This document shows positions 1 to 11,454 of a DNA stretch of 64,000 bases, one piece after another. The notes beneath the pieces were generated by a model, which saw nothing but the letters and a program-made list of their open reading frames with translations, was not told the DNA's origin and ran no database searches. Source of the stretch: Chiloscyllium plagiosum. Its lineage: Eukaryota. Both the position numbers and the translations under genes were made by a program. Each line of letters opens with the position of its first letter. The first letter of the stretch is position 1. The DNA lies in contig NC_057749.1 in assembly GCF_004010195.1 (NCBI RefSeq), positions 23,728,999-23,792,998 on the forward strand, read 5' to 3'.

Positions 1-119
1 AGTCTTGCCTGAAATTGTAAAAAGATTCAGAAGGATGATACTGGAACTGAGAGGTTCTAGCTTTCTCATAAGATGGAGACCAGAACAATTCACTGTGCTT
101 CATGTGAGATCCAGACAAG

Positions 120-685
120 GTTCAATCCAAATTCCCAGTTGCCTTCCATTAACATACCACCCTGTTCCCTGGCCAATATCTCTGTCTCAGGCTTGCTGCA
201 GTGTTCCAGGGAAGTTCAGTGCAAGCTGGAAGAATCACATCTCATTTTCCGCTTGGGGACCCTGCAGCCATCTGGACTCAGTATCAAGTTCAATAACTTT
301 AGGGCTTGAACTTTCCCAAGTCCTTACCCCATGCCTGGTCTTGTTATCATATTACATCTTGTTATCTATTACACAAAACCCATTGTTAGCCCCCAGTAAT
401 GACTATTCACTCTCTGAGCCAGGCTGTTGTCCACACTTTTGTCGGTCCGACTGTTTTTCTCTGTCTTTGGGCCCTGCCCCCCCCCCACCCCCACTCTATC
501 ATTTACTCCTTCCCACCACCACCACCAGCCCCCCCAACCCCCAATCCTCTGCATAAAATCCAACATTTTCCTATCTACCATCAGTTCTGAGGAAGGGTCA
601 CCAGACCCAAAACATTAACTTTGATTTCTCTCCACAGGTGCTGCCAGACCTGCTCAGCCTTTCCAGCAACTTCTGTTTTTGTTAC
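120..685 (+). mobile_element. Penelope-like element 3' fragment: GIY-YIG endonuclease C-terminus plus terminal repeat with decayed hammerhead
   Basis: ORF 73..309 ends in PPCSLANISVSGLLQCSREVQCKLEESHLIFRLGTLQPSGLSIKFNNFRA, matching the PLE GIY-YIG tail (..LEE..LIFRLGTL.P.GLN). At 583-620, agttCTGAGGAagggtcaccagacccAAAAcattaact is a mutated hammerhead core. Confidence 0.85.
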
Positions 686-1049
686 AATCCAAATTAAACT
701 GGACTTTCTCGTTCTTTCAGTCATAGTCTTCAAGAAGTAAACTCCATCTTGTATTTTTATGTTATCAATATTAACCCATCTTGCTACTTTGAGACATGCG
801 CCTGTCGACAGCCCAGATTCCTCTACCCCTTTTAGACTCTATCCAAGCAAAATATTGATTCCTCATTGTTCCAAACAAAACACCCCACCTCCCATTTAGC
901 TGCATTGAAATTCATTTGCTAATTGAATAGCAGTTCTGTATGTTTATTATTTCTGCAATTTGTCACACAATCTTACTTCACAATATCTACAACTCACAAT
1001 TCGGTATAAATTGCAAATTTAAGACATATTTACTTGGAAAGGTGAGTAG

Positions 1050-1300
1050 TCCTGATCACTCTGTACAACAATCTCCAGTCTTCTGTTCACTCAATGGATC
1101 ATTCTCCAGCCACTTGGTATAGTCCAGACCCCCGGTCACTGTGGTCAGTCTCCTGGTCACTCTGTGATGTGTTATTCAGCCTCCTGGTCACTCTACACAG
1201 TCCAGTCTCCTGGTCACTCTGCACAGACTCCTGATCACTCTGTGAAGTGTTATTCAACCTCCTGGTCACTCTGCACAGTCCAGTCTCCTGGTCACTCAGT
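1050..1300. repeat. Minisatellite built on ctcctggtcactct, with a ~78 bp higher-order unit
   Basis: About 8 copies of (c)tcctg(g/a)tcactct. The translated track shows SDQETGLCRVTRRLNNTSQSDQE repeated twice. Confidence 0.85.
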
Positions 1301-1313
1301 GCCACACTTTGTT

Positions 1314-1460
1314 TTTATAAACCAATGGGTGACTCAGAGCAGGTGCTGAACCGATTGGTCACACTCATTCATAAGCTAAACCAATCAGCCTGCAAATCCT
1401 GGCTTTATTATTTTCTGACCAATGGTATCAGGCTAATCCATTCACCAGATGGCAACAGCA
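1314..1460. promoter_or_regulatory. Candidate promoter/enhancer: four CCAAT boxes, AP-1 site, E-box, CTCF-like motif
   Basis: CCAAT at 1322, 1381 and 1419, ATTGG at 1354, TGACTCA 1330-1336, CAGGTG 1340-1345, CACCAGATGGCAAC 1443-1456, all in non-repetitive DNA. Confidence 0.4.
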
Positions 1461-2574
1461 GCTTACTGAGAGGGATGACATAAAAATCACTAAATTGCAA
1501 ATACTGGGGAGGTGAAATTGCAAAAGTCCGACTGAACAGTTACAGAAAAAGTACAGATGCCGATTAATTGTAGCATGGTGTGTAATTTCTCAGTTCCCTA
1601 CCACAGAGAGAGAGGGGGTTGCTTAGATACGAAGCAATGGGATTTTTGTTTTAAAAAAGCACGGTCACTAAAGCAAACTAACAGGAAATGTGAAGGTTTG
1701 ACATTGCTCCCGATCCCCCAGCTGGATCTTAAATTGCAAACATTCGCACATGTTTTAGGCAGGTGACCTTGTAAGGCAGTGAAGGTGTATGTGTGTGTGC
1801 AAGTGGACCTTTCCTCGCTTTGATCTTTTAATGTACTGTTGATGGAGTTGTAAAGTGCAGCTTTATCACCAAGGATACTTCAAGGTTTTATCAATTACTA
1901 CAGACATTCATCGCTGGTCAGCCTGCGGGGTTGTCAAAGGTATTAAAGATGTCATGCATGGTCAGGAAATAAGTTCATAGTGTGTATTGTTTATGTATCT
2001 GTATCAGGCTGGAAGGAGAGGTTGAGGAGAGTTCCCCAGATACAGGGGTCTCAGCTAATGATCCAGGGTTAAGTAAAGCTTCAAATATATAATTCTCAAC
2101 TTCTGAAGAAGTGTCACAGCGGACTGCAAACGTTTTACTCTCCATAGGCACTGCCAGACCTGCTGAGTTTCTCCAGCATTCTGTGTTCGGTTCAGATTTC
2201 CGTGGTTTTCGAACTTTTAAAATCCTCATCAAATCCTTCCATGGTCTCGCCTCCTGGTCGCTCTGCACCCGCCTGTCGAACTCTGTGGGTTACTGCATGA
2301 GTATTTCTCCCATTTTGGGCTGTTGTACATTTCTGATTTTAATTATTGCACCATTGCCACGAGGTTGCCAAGATCCTGGGCTCCATACCCCCACACCTGT
2401 CTGTCACTCTTTCCTCGTTTACGGTGTGAAACAGATTGAAGGTAGTCAGGATGTAAGAAATAGGAACATTCGGCCCATCCAGTCTTTTCTGGCATTCAAT
2501 AGGATCATAGCTGATCCGACATGCCTCATATCCACGTCCCCTGTAACCCTTGATTCCCCAACTGATCAAGAATC

Positions 2575-3187
2575 TTCAAAGTTTGTGAGAAGATTTGTAG
2601 CTCGGGTGCTCGTTGTTGTGGTTCTGTTCGCCGAGCTGGGAATTTGTGTTGCAGACGTTTCGTCCCCTGTCTAGGTGACATCCTCAGTGCTTGGGAGCCT
2701 CCTGTGAAGCGCTTCTGTGATCTTTCCTCCGGCATTTATCGTGATATAATATACTGGACCCAATATACCGGCCACTGCAACGGACAGCTGGAACTGACAA
2801 CCGGAAGCGGCAGATACAACACAAAACGACTTGACCAGCTATCCTTATTAGCCACACACTCAGATGACAAGCAACAGGAGTTTGACTGGGACAATACTAC
2901 TATTATAGGACAAGCCAAACAGAGAACAGCCAGGGAATTCCTGGAGGCATGGCACTCATCCACAGATTCAATCAATAAGCACATTGACCTGGACCCAATA
3001 TACCGACCACTGCAGCGGACAGCTGGAACTGACAACCGGAAGCGGCAGATTCAAGCCACGATAAGTGCCGGAGGAAACATCACAGAAGCACATCACAGGA
3101 GGCTCCCAAGCACTGAGGATGTCACTTAGACAGGGGATAAAACGTCTGCAACACAAATTCCCAACTCGGCGAACAGAACCACAACAA
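2575..3187. mobile_element. Penelope/Poseidon-type PLE with inverted terminal repeats and GIY-YIG C-terminal remnant
   Basis: 2613-2735 is the inverted copy of ~3065-3187. Internal peptide HSDDKQQEFDWDNTTIIGQAKQRTAREFLEAWHSSTDSINKHIDLDPIYRPLQ. 12 bp TSD tgatcaagaatc at 2563-2574 and 3188-3199. Confidence 0.9.
2651..2690 (-). ncRNA. Minimal hammerhead ribozyme motif (PLE-associated), intact core
   Basis: Minus strand reads GCA-CTGAGGA-T-GTCACCT agac AGGGGAC-GAAAC-GTC-TGC: CUGANGA and GAAA core boxes, stem II, GUC cleavage triplet and stem I GCA/TGC. Confidence 0.75.
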
Positions 3188-3671
3188 TGATCAAGAATCG
3201 ATCTCAGCCTTAAATCCACACAAGGTTTCTGCCTCCAGGGCTTTCTGTGGCAAGGTGTTCCAAAGAGTCTCCGCTCTCTGACAGAAGAATTCCTCTTCAT
3301 CTCAGTCTTAAACTGGTGCCCCTTTATTCTGAGACTGTGCCCTCTTATCTGAAACTCTCCCATGAGGAGAAACATCCTCTCAGCATTGACCCTGTCAAGT
3401 CATAAAGTCATAGTCACAGAGATGTATAGCATGGAAACAGACCCTTCAGTAAGAATTCTTTACATCTCAATGAGATCACCCCTTAGTCTTCTAAACTCCA
3501 ATGAGTGGAGTCCCAACCTGTTTAATCTTGTTCATGAAGCAATCCCTCCATTCCAGGGATAATCCCAGTGAATCTTTGTGAACTCCCTCAAATGAAATAA
3601 TATATTTTCTTAGGTAAGGGGCCAAAACTGCTTGGAGTATTCCCTATGTGGTCCCACCAGCATCTTTCCCG

Positions 3672-3987
3672 AGGGAACATTACAGACCTTCGGCTGTCAA
3701 TGTTGTGCCAACCTTTTATCCTTCTCTAAGATTAAACTAACCTACATACCCTTCATTTCACTATCTTCCATGTGCATATCCGAGAGTCGCGTAATTGTCC
3801 CTAATGTATCTGATTCTACTCCCACCGCTGGCAGTGCATTCCATGCACCCACCACACTCTGTGTAAAGAACCTACCCCTGACATCTCCTCTAAACCTTCC
3901 TCCAATCACCTTAAAATTATGCCCCCTCATTATAGCCATTTCCACCCTGGGAAAAAGTCTCTGGCAATCCACTCCATCTGTGCCTCT
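3672..3987 (-). mobile_element. CR1 LINE 3' end
   Basis: ORF 3742..4101 contains DGVDCQRLFPRVEMAIMRGHNFKVIGGRFRGDVRGRFFTQSVVGAWNALPA. Confidence 0.9.
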
Positions 3988-4059
3988 CGGGGTGAAGAAA
4001 TGGTGCTGTAGATGAAATTGGACTGCAGGTTTGACAGCCCACAATCCTGTAAAAGCAAA

Positions 4060-4472
4060 ATAAAAACCGAAAGAACTGTGGGTGTTAGAAATCAGAAACA
4101 AAGATAGAAGTTGCTGGAAAAGCTCAGCAGGTCTGGCAGCACCTGTGAAGAGAAATCAATTAATGTTTCAGGGACATTTAAGCGACTCTTGGATAGGCAC
4201 ATGGATGATAGCAAAATGAAGGGTCAGTAGGTTCATTTAATCTTAGAGTAGGATAAAAGGTTGGCACAGCATCGAGGGCTGAAGGCTTGTAATGTTCTCT
4301 CGGGAAAGGTGCTGGTGAGACCACATAGAGAATACTCCAAGCAGTTTCAGGTCCAGTGACCCTTCCAGTCATCCAGTCCCAGTCACCAGTCCCGAAATGT
4401 TAACTCTGACTTTTCTTCACAGGTGCTGCCAGACTTGCTGAGCTTTTCCAGCAACTTCTGTCTTTGTTTCTG
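4060..4472. mobile_element. Inverted pair of PLE terminal repeats, interrupted by a templated insertion at 4171-4345
   Basis: gaagttgctggaaaagctcagcaggtctggcagcacctgtgaaga (4107-4151) is inverted relative to tcttcacaggtgctgccagacttgctgagcttttccagcaacttc (4414-4458). Same family as 583-685. Confidence 0.8.
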
Positions 4473-5647
4473 TAAACTCAAACATGCATTCAGGTGAGCA
4501 GTGAAATTCAGTGCAAGTGTAACTTTCTCACATTGCGTTTAGCTAATGATACAATTGCTGAACAGATGAAGTTAGAAGCAAGTTAGGAGGGTTAAATCAC
4601 AAGGTGTCACTTGTCCATGAGTAACCATGTGCCAGTTCACAATGTTGATATGCACTGGCAAACCATGAGACTCTAAATCTACAGTGATGGTGTTGGGCAA
4701 GGTCAGACCAGAGCAGTATTGATGTCTCTCACTCTGCCTGAAAGGGTAGACACAGACCTAGCATGTGGTTCAGAAAGAACATTTGTCCTCGGCCAAGAGG
4801 AAAGGGTTAAAAAGCCTTGCCTGAAAGGCGATGAATTGATGTTATGTAATTATCATCTGGCAACAGCTAACCATCTGAGGACCGTTTACACTTATCAATT
4901 GATGTGTCAAACCTTCCAAACACCGAGATAATTCAGTCAAAAGATTATCTTAAATACCACAGTGCACGTCCTTCACAAATTCATTCTGAGCCTCAAAGCT
5001 GCATTGACGCAAATCTTTAGATCCTTCTTGGATTCTGTTTGCTCTCTTTTCTGAGGACTTTCTTGGCTGAATCAGCCGAGCAGTAACTCATTCCTGACAC
5101 TTGGCTTCAAACTCTTTCAATGCAACTTCTATCAGTCTAGGGACCACTGTGTTTCAACAGAATTCTATGTTTGCAAAGGTGTGTTGTATATTCCCTTTAC
5201 TGTTCTTGACCTTCCCACTGTCCAATATCTTATTGTCTTCTTTCTGTCAGTATGGCATCCTCTATCATCTGGACCTGTCCTGTCCTGTCTCATAGGCTCC
5301 TGTTAGCTAACGATCTATGATTGCAGCAAAGAATTGCTCAAAAGAATTGATTTGAATCTTGTAGCCAGCAAAGTAAACAGCAACCTCTTCTCTTTATCCT
5401 GACACAATCACCTTCAGAATTATTGTTGAGGTGTGACCGGCTCTATCTCCCATTCCCAATGATTGAGGATGGCAGGGAACATAGGATCTCTCAGAATCTA
5501 GGAATTCCAGAGCGAGTGCAGCTCCGACAACACTATCAAAGCTTGACATTATCCAGGACAAAGTAGCCTGCTTGACTGACACTGAAATAATTCTATAGAG
5601 GCCGGTATCCCATCACCAAATCAGCCTTTATTTACACATGAACAGTT

Positions 5648-6272
5648 ATAGAGTCACACAACAAGGAAACAGATCCTTCAGTCAAACCAGTCCATGCCAA
5701 ACATAATCCCGAACTAAACTAGTCCCAACTGCCTGCTCTTGGCCCACATCCATCCAAACCTTTCCTATTCATGTCCTTATCTAAAAGTGGAGAAAGTGAG
5801 GACGGCAGAGGCTGGAGATCAGAGCTGAAAATGTGTTGCTGGAAAAGCGCAGCAGGTCAGGCAGCATCCAAGGCTCATGCCCGAAACATCGATTCTTATC
5901 TAAAAGTCTTTTAAATGTTGTAACTGTACCAGCATCGATCACTTCCTCAGGAAGTTCATTCCACATTGTCCAGCATGTCTTTTTTAAATCTCTCTTCTCT
6001 CACATTAAAAATTGAAATGCCCCATCCTTGGAAAAAGATGCCTGCTATTAACCCTTCTATACCTCTCATGATTTTATAAACCTCTATAAGTTCATCTCTC
6101 AACCTCCTGCACTCCAGTGAAAAAAAATCCCAGCCTTTCTTTATAACTCAAGCCTTCCAATTCTGGCAACATCCTGGAAAATCTCTTCCGAACCCTCTCT
6201 AGCTTAATAATATCCTTCCTATAACTGGGTGACCGGAACTGGACACAGTTCAGAAGAGGCCTCACCAATATT
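5648..6272 (-). mobile_element. CR1 LINE 3' portion carrying a PLE mini-insert
   Basis: Peptide WNELPEEVIDAGTVTTFKRLLD and the CR1 3' UTR (agagtcacacaacaaggaaacagatccttc). Confidence 0.85.
5789..5894. mobile_element. Short PLE terminal-repeat insertion with partial inversion
   Basis: 13 bp TSD cttatctaaaagt at 5776-5788 and 5895-5907. Family motif gctggaaaagcgcagcaggtcaggcagcatcc. Confidence 0.85.
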
Positions 6273-6429
6273 ACTGCCTCATACAGAATCAGACACTAGA
6301 GCGTCAGTATCCCTGACACACAACCTTTTTATGTCAGCCAGGGCTCCCTGATTGGACCAGATTAACAGCCCCAGCCAGGGAATTCATGTTCTGTGACATC
6401 CAGTTGACTGATCTCATTACAATCATGAC

Positions 6430-7230
6430 AAGCAACACATCCACAAGCATCCAGTCCCTCCACCACCACCAATGCTCAGTAGTAGCAGTGTGTACTATCA
6501 ATAAGGTGCACTGCAGAAATTCGCCAGCACCTTCCAAGCCCATGATCACTTCCATCTGGAAGGGGAAGAACAGCAAATACTTGGGGCCATCACTAATTGA
6601 AAGTTCTCTTCCAAGCCATTCACCATCCAGACCTGGAAATATATAGCTGCTCCTTCAGTGTTGCTGGGTCAAAATCCTGGAACTCTCTCTCTAAGGGTAC
6701 AGTGAATCTAATTCCAGAACATGGCTTGAAAAAGCACTCAACAACCACGTTCTCAAGGGCAGCTCGGGACAAGTAATAAATGCTGTTCCAGCCAGCCATG
6801 CTTGCAGCCATGGAAACATCACCACCTGTAAGTTCCCTTCCAAGCTAGTCACCATCCTGACTTAGAAATATATCACCTGTCCTTCACTGTCACAGGTACA
6901 AAATTTCAGGACTCTGTCCTTGACAGCGCTGTGGGTGTACGTACAGAGTTGAAGAGTGTGGTGCTGGAAAAGCACCCTGATGAAGGGCTGATGCCTGAAA
7001 CATTGACTGTCCTGCTCCTCGGATGCTGTCTAACTGGCTGTGCTTTTTCAGCACCACACTCTTCGACTCTGATCTCCAGCATCTGCAATCCTCACTTTCT
7101 CTTGGGTGCACATATAATCGATCAACTGCAGCATTTTGAGAAAACAACTCGACATTAACATTTCCAGGGCTATTAGAGATGGACAATAAATACTGGTTCA
7201 GTCAAGGATGCCCAGATCTCATGAACAGAC
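6430..7230 (+). mobile_element. Two tandem 3' fragments of an L2/CR1-group LINE (upstream piece at ~5495-5582)
   Basis: Peptide SIQSLHHHQCSVVAVCTINKVHCRNSP. The 3' region ..aagttc(t/c)cttccaagc....caccatcc.gac.t.gaaatatat.. occurs twice, each followed by a ..aataaat(g/a)ctg.. tail. Confidence 0.7.
6944..7102. mobile_element. Asymmetric palindromic PLE mini-element
   Basis: agagttgaagagtgtggtgctggaaaagcac is inverted relative to gtgctttttcagcaccacactcttcgactct. Hammerhead remnant CTGATGAagggctgatgcctGAAAC. Degenerate TSD tgggtgtacgta/tgggtgcacata. Confidence 0.8.
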
Positions 7231-7455
7231 TTTTAAATATCTCTGCAGAGCCTACACCGCCAACAGTACGGGCTTCACACAGACAGACCTTGAATGATCT
7301 ATGCACAGGTAAAGTCAACAGTTGCTGGGGGAAAGGCAGCGAAGGGTCATGATGTTTTGTTGCAAAATTAATTGGTCAAAAACCCCTGGCAATAATCACA
7401 ATGTGAAACAAATCTATTCTGGCTGTGGTGGAAGGCTTTCTGAAACATAGTCAGG

Positions 7456-7612
7456 ACTCACACAACACCAGGTTATAGTCCGACAGGTTTATTTGAACAT
7501 GACAAAAGAGGAATGCTCTGAAAGCTTGTGATTTCAAATAAACCTATAGGACTATAACCTGACTTCTGACTTTGTCCACCCCAGTTCAACCCTGACACCT
7601 GCACATCATGGC
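7456..7612. mobile_element. Palindromic PLE mini-element (caggttatagtcc family), older copy
   Basis: caggttatagtccgacaggtttatttgaa is inverted relative to ttcaaataaacctataggactataacctg. Same family as 12322, 19961, 38850 and 61051. Confidence 0.75.
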
Positions 7613-7899
7613 TACCTATTTCAGAAACGTACACAGGTATTTCGTTTTAAGAATTCCATCTTGGGAGCGGAGTGCTGCTGATGTTCTGGCATTTCTTACC
7701 CATTCCTCCTTGCCCCTTTTTTAAACGTGGCGATGAACTGTGTTGAAGGGGCCACCACCGTCCTGTTTGGTAGGGAATTCACCTTTGACCTGAAAGTGAA
7801 AGAAGTTGCCCCAGCCCAGGATTTTGTCTGCACTGATAGCCATCAAGGTTTGCCTGGACAGAGGGGCCCACGATGGTGGTCTGTCTAATTGAATCAATC

Positions 7900-9255
7900 C
7901 TGATCAAAGCCATCAACATACTGCAACGATTACTGCTGAATCCACTGGCATCTTTGTTTCTTATTCGCCCATGCTGCTCTCGTCCTTCAAGTGGAAGTGG
8001 TTATGGGTTTGGAACATGCTGTCGAAGCTTGCTGGTGAATTTCTGCAGTGCATCTTGTAGATAGTACACACTGCTGCTACTCAGCATGGGTGGTGGAGGC
8101 AGTCAATGTTAAAGGTGGTGGATGCAGTACAAATCAAGTGGGCTGCTTTGACCTAGACGGTTTTGAGCTTCTTGAGTTTTGTTGAAGTTGCATCCATCCT
8201 GGCAAATGAGGAGTATTCCATCACACTCCAGATTTGAAATATGTAGACGATGGACAGGCTTTGGGGAGTCAAGAGATGAGTTACCCACAACAGAATTTGC
8301 AACATCTGAATTACTTTTGTATTAACATGGCTGGTCCAGTTCAATTTCTGGTCAATGGTAACCCCTTAGTATGGAAAAATAGGGTATTTAGTGATGGCCA
8401 TTGTACACCAAGGGGTGTTGGGTCAATTCTCTCTTGTTTCAGATGGCCATTGGCTGGCACTTGTGTGTCACAAATGTTACTTATGACTTATCTGTCCGAG
8501 CCTGGGTATTGTCCCAATCTTGTTGCATTGAACACAGGCTGCTTCAGCATCTGAGAAGTCACAAACGTTGCTGAACATTGTGCATTCATCAACGAACTTC
8601 CCCATGTCTGACCTTGTGGTGGAGGGAAGGTGATTGATGAAGCAGCTGAAGATGGTTGGGCCTATGACGCTGCCCTGAGGAAGTCCTGCAGAGATGTCCT
8701 GGAGCTGAGGTGACTGACATCCAACAACCACAACCATCTATGTGCCAGGTATGACGGCAACCACCTGGAAGCTCACACCCGCCCCAGACCCTGGATTCCC
8801 ATGGATTCCAGTTTTGCAAGGGCTCCTTGATGCCACACTCAGTCCAACGCAGTCTTGATGTCAAGGGCTATCACTCTCATCTCATCTCTGGAGTTCAAGC
8901 TCTTTTGACCACGTTTGAACCAAGGCTGTAATGAGATCAAGAGCTGAGTGGTCCTGGCAGAACCCAGATTGGGCAACACTGAGCAGGTCATTACTGAGTA
9001 GGAGCTGCTTGATAGCACGTTTAATGACACTTTTCACCACTGAACTGGTGATCAAGAAGGGACTGATGGAGCGGTAATTGGCCAGGTTGGATTTGTCCTA
9101 CTTTTTTATGTACAGAACATACTTGGACAATTTTCCACATTGTCAGGTAGATGCCAGCGCTGGAACAAGAGCTGTTGTGGGGCCTTAGAGGTATGACTAG
9201 TTCTGGAGCGCAAGTCTTCAATACTGTTATGAGAATGTAGTGAGGACCCATCCAG
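7900..9255 (-). mobile_element. L2/CR1-group LINE reverse-transcriptase fragment, frameshifted
   Basis: Peptides LKTCAPELVIPL, MRVIALDIKTALD and VVVGCQSPQLQDISAGLPQGSVIGPTIFSCFINHLPS..GKFVDECT (the non-LTR RT PQGS and YADD-type motifs). Confidence 0.85.
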
Positions 9256-9699
9256 TGAGTTCAGTATTTCTTAATATCATTCAAATAAACCTTGTAATAC
9301 TTGGAAATGAATATAATAGTTGAACTCGAGCCCAGTTTTAAGGTATACAAGGCAGGCCAGACCACTACCTAACTCATTACCTGAAAAGGGGGGGAAGAGA
9401 TGGGAATCCTCAAGGCATTTGAGAAGAGTTTTGATGAGAACTTGAAACACAATAGCATAGAAGGCTCTTGTGGGGCGGTGGTAATGTCACTACCTCTGAG
9501 CCAGGAGATCGGGGCTCGAATCCCACCTGACTCTTTGACTCAATATACCAGCAGTGTGTAATAAAATGGAATTAGAATTGATAATTTCTGGACGAAAGGA
9601 GCAAACATGATTGGCTGAAGGATGTCATTCCCAGCTGTAACGACACCATGACCAAGTATGCGTCATTAGCTTGTTTTCCTGGCTTTTCTTTAAGTGGAG

Positions 9700-9845
9700 A
9701 AAGTGAGGTCTGCAGATGCTGGAGATCACAGCTGGAAATGTGTTGCTGGAAAAGCGCAGCAGGTCAGGCAGCATCCAGGGAGCAGGAGAATCGACGTTTC
9801 GGGCATAAGCCTTTCCTGAAGAAGGGCTTATGCCCGAAACGTCGA
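9700..9845. mobile_element. Palindromic PLE mini-element with back-to-back hammerhead motifs
   Basis: Hairpin aatcgacgtttcgggcataagcc..gggcttatgcccgaaacgtcgatt. 16 bp TSD ttttctttaagtggag at 9684-9699 and 9846-9861. Confidence 0.9.
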
Positions 9846-9847
9846 TT
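9812..9847 (+). ncRNA. Minimal hammerhead ribozyme motif, intact core
   Basis: ttc-CTGAAGA-A-GGGC ttat GCCC-GAAAC-GTC-ga. Confidence 0.7.
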
Positions 9848-9883
9848 TTCTTTAAGTGGAGCAATTAAAATCAGGGATGCTCG

Positions 9884-10020
9884 GAGTCCAGAGGAAGGGT
9901 CCCTGGACCCGAAACATTAACTCTGATTTCACTCCACAGACACTGCCAGACCTGCTGAGCTTTTCCAGCGGTTTCTGTTCTTGTTTCTGATTTCCAGCAT
10001 TCTCAGTTCTTTCGGGTCTT
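9884..10020 (+). mobile_element. PLE terminal repeat (same family as 583-685)
   Basis: gaggaagggtccctggacccgaaacattaactctgatttc..ctgccagacctgctgagcttttccagc. Confidence 0.8.
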
Positions 10021-10732
10021 GTGCTCAGAATTAGAACAGCACCGATATCTCAGAGAGTTGTGGGACTGGTGGAGATCCCAGAGGCAGAGTATAGAGACAC
10101 TATGCAGGGGTTTGAAGGGGAAGATGAAACCTGTGAAAGCAAACCAGTGCTAAAGACGTCAGTGAGCACTGGGCAGGTGACAGAGGAGTGTGACTTGCTG
10201 TGAGTTAAGGTGCTGCCAAAAGATTTGTGGATGAAGTTAAGATTGAGGGGACACACTCTCCTCAAAGCTGGGACTCGGGCAGATGAAGATCACTATTATT
10301 CATCCAAATAGCAACGTAACTCCTCCATCACGGTGGACCAACTGCTCGCACCATCAGGCTTGATCTCCTTGTTGACAGCGCCACCCTGTGCTGATTTGTG
10401 GTATGAGAGCTGGGCCCTTAGTCCCAGTTTTCTCTCCCATTGCTGATCCTTGTAGCAAGTTCTCCCCCTTACCACTGGCCATTCCTGTCTCAGAGCTGGA
10501 GCAGTGAAGGGCTGGAGCCCCATTCCCAACTGCCCCCGGTGAGCTGTAATTTGCAAGATACTGGGTGCAAACACAGCAAGGGCAGTTATGGAATTATATC
10601 CAGAAGGAGGCCATTTGTCCATTGTGTCGGTGATGGCACCTTTGGCAGAAGGATCCAACTCATTCCACGTCCCCAAGCTCTTCCGTTTCAAGTCCCTTAC
10701 TATGTGTCCAATTTCTTTTTGAAGGTTCCCAC

Positions 10733-11192
10733 TAGAATTCCTACAGTGTGGAAGCAGGCCATTCAGCCCACACCAACCCTCTGTAACAGCATCCCACCCC
10801 ATTCCTGTAACCCACCTAACCTGCACATCATTGGCACTTTAGTATGCCAATGAATCCAATGATGTGCAGCTTGGGTAAATTGGCCATGTTACACTGCCCA
10901 CAGTATTCAGGGATGCACAGGTTAGGTGCATTAGTTTGGTAGAGGAATGGGTCTGTGTGGGATAATATTTAGAGTTGATGTGGACTTGTTGGGCTGAAGG
11001 GCCTGTTTCCACACTGTGGGGATTCTATGATTCCACATACCTTTGGACAGTGGGAGGAAACCAGAGCAAACCCGCACAGACATGGGGAGAATGTGCAAAC
11101 TCCACACAGGCAGTCACCCAAGGCTGGAATCGAACCGGGGTCCCTGGAGCTGTGAGGCTGCAGTGCTAACCACTGAGCCACCGTGCCACCCA
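10733..11192 (-). mobile_element. HE1-type V-SINE with an opposite-strand SINE 3' segment inside it (~10860-11030)
   Basis: The tRNA-like head (reverse complement of ggcacggtggctcagtggttagcactg) is at 11160-11190 and the minus-strand tail at 10733-10850. The middle segment reads on the + strand. Confidence 0.85.
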
Positions 11193-11454
11193 CTTGTTGT
11201 GCTTACACTGCCCTCTCAGGCCATGTGTGGGATCACAGCAACTTGCTACATTCAAGGAAATGTTTTTGCCTGCTCTTTGGCAGACTAACTGTTACCTTGT
11301 AGTGGGCAAAGTGACCTCCAACTGAGTGGTAATCTGAAGAAGGGTTGAGTTGGGTTAGGTTCAGATTGAGCCCCCTTCCTGCCTTCAAACCCTTCAATGT
11401 CTTTACATCGAGCTTCCCCCCCCCCCCCAGGATGGTGTGGCCTGATGATACATT

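Larger units (their letters stand above)
2450..3665 (-). mobile_element. Old CR1 LINE 3' portion, interrupted by a PLE and by a short CR1 tail at ~3400-3450
   Basis: ORF 2968..3375 begins MFLLMGEFQIRGHSLRIKGHQFKTEMKRN, typical of the CR1 ORF2 C-terminus. The CR1-type 3' UTR (taggaacattcggccc) is at ~2455. Confidence 0.8.

Noticed and set aside
1050..1300. Repeat-spacer pattern resembling a CRISPR array
   Set aside because: The spacers are themselves repeated and variable in length, the context is vertebrate, and there are no cas genes. It is a minisatellite.
2008..2070. Plus-strand exon candidate LEGEVEESSPDTGVSANDPG
   Set aside because: Weak acceptor and donor, no partner exons, and no recognisable protein.
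4958..4990. CACAGTG heptamers (also ~50151 and 63791) as V(D)J recombination signals
   Set aside because: No ACAAAAACC-like nonamer at 12 or 23 bp spacing, and no V or J segment peptides nearby.
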